From Schmidtea polychroa (taxonomy: Eukaryota), in the NCBI GenBank assembly GCA_044892525.1, contig CM097885.1:140058001-140122000 (forward strand): 64,000 nucleotides of DNA. Reading direction: 5' to 3'. The notes beneath the pieces were generated by a model. It worked only from the letters and a program-made list of their open reading frames with translations. It was not told the DNA's origin and searched no databases. The translations under genes and the position numbers were made by a program. This document shows, in pieces, positions 59,138 to 64,000 of this stretch; the stretch's first letter is position 1, and the number at the start of each line of letters is the position of its first letter.

Positions 59138-60043
59138 ATGAGTACCCAAAGACTAACCAATAATACAAATAACAATGACGAAACACCTGTGTCCACGGTG
59201 GGCAACGGCAAGGAAGGCAATGATTATGCGAGTTGTCAAAAACTACCTGTGGATCAGTACGGTGGAGATCCGCTGGAATTTGTCGATTTTATGGCAGATT
59301 ACTATATGTATGCGACAGCCTATGGATGGAGCCAATCGATAATGGTGCAAAGATTACCGCTATACCTGAAAGGAGCAGCCAGGGAAGCGTGGCAACAAAT
59401 TGATAAAAGAATAGTAGCAAATGACTGGACCAAGTTGAAAGACGCGTTAGCCACGAAATTAATCGGAGGGGATATCAAACGGATAATGCGACAGAAATTC
59501 TCTAACCGCGTACAAAAGCCAGAGGAATCGGTAAGTGAGTTTGCTTATCATTTATCAACTCTTGCAGAGAAAGCGTTCGAAGTGAAACCAGAACAGGCCG
59601 AGATGGCAAAGCAGGTAAAAGAATTATTGCAGGATCAATTCTTGTCAGGAGTAAAGAAAGAAATTAAAAAGGCTCTATGCTATGTTGATTTTAATGACTT
59701 TGATGAATTGATCAAAAAGGCAATGAAAATTGAGTTAAATTTAAAAAGCACACAGTCAAAATCAGAGTCGTTTGCAGTCATCTCAGGCGCAAGCGAAAGA
59801 TCAGTAACCCCAATTAGAAACAATCGTTTTCAACAAACAAGTAGTCCATCACCAAAATTTAGATCCAAATTTGAGTCGAACAAGTCAACAGATATTCAAA
59901 CAGATGGAAAGGAAGGTCCCATCCAATGTAGTCATTGCCAAAGGATTGGACACCATGTTAACCAATGCTGGTTTAAAAATAGAATACAGAGAAGCCCAAT
60001 TCCGATTCAGTGTGATAATTGCCAAAGAATGGGACATGACTAG
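59138..60043 (+). CDS. Retrotransposon Gag, N-terminal part (capsid-like domain plus two CCHC knuckles, second one disrupted)
   Basis: YGGDPLEFVDF...LPLYLKGAAREAW...QKPEESVSEFAYHL...QFLSGV; CSHCQRIGHHVNQC at 59927; CDNCQRMGHD at 60011. Confidence 0.92.
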   Translation: MSTQRLTNNTNNNDETPVSTVGNGKEGNDYASCQKLPVDQYGGDPLEFVDFMADYYMYATAYGWSQSIMVQRLPLYLKGAAREAWQQIDKRIVANDWTKLKDALATKLIGGDIKRIMRQKFSNRVQKPEESVSEFAYHLSTLAEKAFEVKPEQAEMAKQVKELLQDQFLSGVKKEIKKALCYVDFNDFDELIKKAMKIELNLKSTQSKSESFAVISGASERSVTPIRNNRFQQTSSPSPKFRSKFESNKSTDIQTDGKEGPIQCSHCQRIGHHVNQCWFKNRIQRSPIPIQCDNCQRMGHD

Positions 60044-60044
60044 A

Positions 60045-61821
60045 CTCTCATAAAGATACCTTCATAAAAGATCGTGTCCCCCAAAAGGGTTTTGACAATA
60101 AGATTAGAAAAATGATAAAAACCTCTCTGGGGGATAAACTCTTACAATTTAACAACAACTTCATATACGCCTCTATAAAAATGGGCGGACTTGGACTTAC
60201 CGCTGCAATAGACGAATATGTAATACAAAGCATTGTACACCTATCGCGTGCTCTAAACTCATCTGACCTCACCTTTCGTAATCTTGTCCTCTCAGAACTT
60301 GCTTTAGCACGGGGCCAAGGTAACCTTGAAGCCGCGATATCCTGGATTAATGGCAACATCTCTAAATCCTTCCCAACTCATTCTATCTTCTCGAAATTCA
60401 AAAAATCTGTTGATCTGCTTCGTAGGAAATATGGCATACACGCTAAAATTGTGCTGATGGAAGACCTTTATCAACTTGAAATCAAATATAAAGATAGAAT
60501 TAATTACTTTAATGAACAAAACATGAAGAACATCTCCTCTGAACTGCACTGCATCATTGGTTTTATACACGCAGAAAAATGGACGATCCTAACTTACCAG
60601 AGCCATATTGCCAAATCCATTACTGACAGTAGCACTACTGACTTCCTCCTGAAATCCGATATACTCAGCGACGCCCAATTCTTCTTTCTTGTTAGGGCTC
60701 GCAACAACCTGCTAAAGCTAAATTTCACACCCCATCGACTTAAAAATAAAAAATCTATTCTCTGTCGGCAATGTAACTCACACCCCGAAACTCAGGCCCA
60801 CATATTTAACCATTGCTCTGCAAAAATTAATGCGCGCAGAAATAAGCACTCCCGTGTCCTTGAAGCGGTCTGCGAATGTCTATCTAATTATAACTTTCAC
60901 TTTATCATCATAAATTTTCTCAACCTCCCCTTGTCTTACTTTCACCCCCCTATGGCTCCTTCTAATACTTACTACTGTTTGTTTTTATTATCATTCATAT
61001 TGCTGTTATTATTTTTGTTATTGTTATTATTATTGATGCTGTTATTATTGTGATTATCACTATTATTATCTCTATTTTTATTATTATTATTATTATTATT
61101 ATACATATCATCATTTATAATTACTGTACTACCGGTTAATCACCGAATGGGTTATTGTAAGAATCCTTGTAGGGGTTCTGCCTATTTGGTGGTCTTTTTA
61201 GTCGTTCTTATTAATACTATAATGATTAGTACTATAATATTACTATTATAATCAATACTACTATTAGCTATTAATATACATATCCCAACCTTCACCAACT
61301 CCTTTCAATAAATACTATAATAAGTAACTATTACCGCTACAAACCTCGCAATGGAGCCTTCCTGCCCCGACATTTTTTATTTTAGATATTACGCCTATGT
61401 CCTCCTCGCAAATGACTGATTCTCACAATGCTCAAAGCCCAATCAACCCAAACAAACAATGACTCCTCTTATGATGACTTCTCCACATTCAGATACTGAA
61501 TTCCGACAAACAATGACTCCTCTTATGATGACTTCTCCACATTCAGATACTGAATTCCGACAAACGATGACTCTACTGATGACTCTTCAACTTCAATGCT
61601 ACGCCAAATGATCAATAATATCCCAATTTCCTCCAATTAAGACAACTCCAACCAATAGACCACCAACATTTTGATACTGGAGTTTCTAACTCTGGTATAC
61701 ACCGACCAAAAAGGATAAATGCTGCAGACCCCATAAGGGCGAGAATCACTCTCCCCTTCTAGGCCATAGGGCCTTCGGATGTATTATAAAATAAAACTTG
61801 ATTTTTTTTTTTTTTTTTTTT
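60045..61821 (+). mobile_element. 5'-truncated restriction-like-endonuclease LINE (R2/NeSL group) inserted in gag
   Basis: FIYASIKMGGLGL post-RT motif; RARNNLL; CRQCNSHPETQAHIFNHC knuckle; RRNKH; PD remnant near 61365; 54-bp tandem duplication 61452-61559; AATAAA at 61790 followed by T20. Confidence 0.88.
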
Positions 61822-61823
61822 AA

Positions 61824-63746
61824 TGCTGGTTCAAAAATAATGTACAACGGAGTCCAAGGCAAATGTGGCCTGATTGGTTAAAAGGAAATGGTGCGAAAAG
61901 TTTCACTAAAGCGAACATTAATGAGCAGAGAACTAATGATAACTTACAATGCTTTAATTGCGGAAGAAAAGGGCATGTGTCACGAAATTGTTTTGCCAGG
62001 TCAAGATCAAGATCAACATCACCATCACCGCAGAGAGATAAAGTAAATCTACAAGGACAAATTCAATGTCATTCATGCAGAAGTTATGGACACATGGCTA
62101 GATCATGTCCAAGAAATATGGATAAATTCCAAAGGCCAATATTAAAGAAATCGATTAGGTTTCAGAGTGACAAACCGCAGATGGATAATGTAGCTTTTAT
62201 TCAGCCAGATAATTTTAATGAAAGAATTGAAAGCGAAGTGAGAGAAATGGGTCGACGTTTGGATCGATTGATGTCAAAGTTTGAATCAGAAGAGGACTAC
62301 AATAATCACATGATGTATGAGTCGCAAGAGGAATTGAATGAAAAAGAGTCGAAAAGGAGAGTTATAAAAGATGATTTAGAAAGTGAAAAAGCAACAATGA
62401 TAATGACCAGAATCGAAAAACTAATTGGAAATAATGAAATAGAGTCGGCTAAAGTGATCAAATCGTTGAGAGAATTAAGTCAAATATCTTTGAGTATGAG
62501 AAAGATAAAAAGTGTAATTAGCTTGTGCGTTAACTACTATAATATGAATCCAAAGTATAAAGAAGAAATTAAAGAATTAATGAAAATATTTGGAAAAACT
62601 TTGAGAGAGAAAACAGGGTTAGATTCCATCTTGGTGGAAGTAGTAAACGAGATTGATAAAAGTGTATTATGTTGTCGTTGTGAGGCAAATGATTGTGTAA
62701 ATGATTTAAAGAATAAAGTAAAAGAAAAAAAGGAAGGATGCATGATAGAGTTGAGATTTAATGAGAGATTGTTAGAAAATGACGAATTTTTGGTAGATTG
62801 TGGATTTATTCCAGGAAGTACAAATGAATTAAAAATGGAAAATGTAATTACTAGTGATGAAATAATGAGTAGTAAAATAATAGACAAAAGGAATTCAAGG
62901 GAGATATTAGAGGAATTAAATGATGCGTTATATATTGGAGATGAAGATGAAATCAATGAGAAGTTACAGATTATTGAGAAATTAGAAATGGAGGACAACG
63001 ATAAACTAAAAATAGTGAATGCAATACGACCATATTTACATGTGAAAACCAGATATGCCAAGTTATTAAGAAGTTTATTGCAAAGATTGGGCAAGGAGCT
63101 CAGAAAGGCAAGAGTAGAGTTAAAGCCATTTTTGATAGCATTAGATTATGAGGGGTATGGAAAAACGGAATATGTAGATGAGCATTGGTGTGCAAAGGTC
63201 CGAAAATTGCGGAAGAGAGCGGCTGAAACGCTGGGAAAAGATGGAATTATTATAGTAATGTACAAAGGTGAAGAACTTGACGATGATGAATACCTATTTG
63301 ATTGTGGGTGTGTACCACAAGAGCTGGATGAAAACGGATATTTGATCCGAGATGGACGAGTGGGATATTTAGTGAACCATATAGTCGTAGTAAAAGGAGT
63401 GAGTTTAGAAGTAAATATTGAGTCTAACAAGCCTGACACAGAGGAACAAGATGAAAAAGTTAAGGGAAATAGAGAAATTGATGAAATCGTTAGTGATAAT
63501 GAGCAAAAAGATCCTGATAACAAAGATCAGTCCACAGAACCAGACGTACAAAGAGAGCCACTTGTACCTGAAGGCGAAATAAATGGTGAAATCAAAAATA
63601 AGAAGGTTAGAACTTTATATGAAATAAAGAAATATTTAGTGAGGCTAGAACAGGACGTCGACGAAACTAAGAAAATGTTGAAACATCTCGTTAAAGCAGT
63701 ATATCCAATGTTTGACATAGAAGTAGAGGTAGATGATGAACTGTAA
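61824..63746 (+). CDS. Continuation of Gag: two more CCHC knuckles, coiled coil, two helical+ubiquitin-like modules, acidic tail
   Basis: Frame resumes at CWFKNNVQRSP, paralleling the earlier CWFKNRIQRSP; CFNCGRKGHVSRNC (61950); CHSCRSYGHMARSC (62067); UBL-pattern segments at ~62628-62837 and ~63129-63400. Confidence 0.85.
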   Translation, partial: CWFKNNVQRSPRQMWPDWLKGNGAKSFTKANINEQRTNDNLQCFNCGRKGHVSRNCFARSRSRSTSPSPQRDKVNLQGQIQCHSCRSYGHMARSCPRNMDKFQRPILKKSIRFQSDKPQMDNVAFIQPDNFNERIESEVREMGRRLDRLMSKFESEEDYNNHMMYESQEELNEKESKRRVIKDDLESEKATMIMTRIEKLIGNNEIESAKVIKSLRELSQISLSMRKIKSVISLCVNYYNMNPKYKEEIKELMKIFGKTLREKTGLDSILVEVVNEIDKSVLCCRCEANDCVNDLKNKVKEKKEGCMIELRFNERLLENDEFLVDCGFIPGSTNELKMENVITSDEIMSSKIIDKRNSREILEELNDALYIGDEDEINEKLQIIEKLEMEDNDKLKIVNAIRPYLHVKTRYAKLLRSLLQRLGKELRKARVELKPFLIALDYEGYGKTEYVDEHWCAKVRKLRKRAAETLGKDGIIIVMYKGEELDDDEYLFDCGCVPQELDENGYLIRDGRVGYLVNHIVVVKGVSLEVNIESNKPDTEEQDEKVKGNREIDEIVSDNEQKDPDNKDQSTEPDVQREPLVPEGEINGEIKNKKVRTLYEIKKYLVRLEQDVDETKKMLKHLVKAVYPMFDIEVEVDDEL

Positions 63747-63761
63747 TAAATAGTTAAAGAG

Positions 63762-64000
63762 ATGCAGAAATTTGGCGAAGAGAATACATTTTGCGAGAGA
63801 TCAGTAATTGAAAATTTGGCAAAAAATGAAATTAATAAGGAGGTTATAATAATAGCTTTAACTTATGTTGTTTTAGAAATTGGAACGCATACGTTCGCAA
63901 GGTCAGACAAGTTAGAAAATTTGATAGACATCGCTGCCCGGCTAGTAAACGAATATTTAATGAGCTGGGTAAACGAAAAAGGTGGTTGGAAAACACTGTG
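63762..64000 (+). CDS. Bcl-2-like ORF (open at window end)
   Basis: MQKFGEENTFCERSVIENLAKNEINKEVIIIALTYVVLEIGTHTFARSDKLENLIDIAARLVNEYLMSWVNEKGGWKTL; LMSWVNEKGGW (63957-63989) fits BH2 LxxWIxxxGGW with BH1-like spacing. Confidence 0.75.
   Translation, partial: MQKFGEENTFCERSVIENLAKNEINKEVIIIALTYVVLEIGTHTFARSDKLENLIDIAARLVNEYLMSWVNEKGGWKTL

Noticed and set aside
62537-63718. Minus-strand ORFs opposite the gag-UBL ORF (also 56133-56327, 57501-57695, 60048-60570)
   Set aside because: Antisense shadows of real coding sequence.
57843-64000. Naming the element as a Burro retrotransposon
   Set aside because: LTRs are 0.9 kb rather than multi-kb as I recall for Burro, pol is outside the window, and no comparison could be run.

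Overview
Very AT-rich eukaryotic (animal) genomic DNA with short 42-64 nt GT-AG introns, (AAT)n microsatellites and five N gaps. The overall style suggests a planarian flatworm, but that is inference only. Host genes: a CEP89-like centriolar gene (minus strand, about 5830-29951, TE-filled introns), an intact five-exon Rab11 (38942-44598, +) and a truncated, frameshifted KLHL20/diablo BTB-BACK fragment (54855-55940, +). Most of the rest is nested transposon debris: hAT, Tigger, mariner, Tc1, piggyBac, MITEs, a Polinton-like end, Ty3/gypsy remnants, solo LTRs, a Penelope-like element (PLE) with hammerhead ribozyme motifs and an R2/NeSL-type LINE fragment. The most unusual object is a recent Ty3/gypsy-type LTR retrotransposon (899-bp LTRs, tRNA-Trp PBS, 4-bp TSD). 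Its Gag carries four CCHC knuckles, continues into two helical+ubiquitin-like modules, and is followed in the same frame by a Bcl-2-like ORF running off the window end. The two halves of this insertion face in opposite directions. A second highlight is a hammerhead motif in a CEP89 intron locked into a 138-bp hairpin with a core-mutated mirror copy. All assignments were made by eye; no searches were run.
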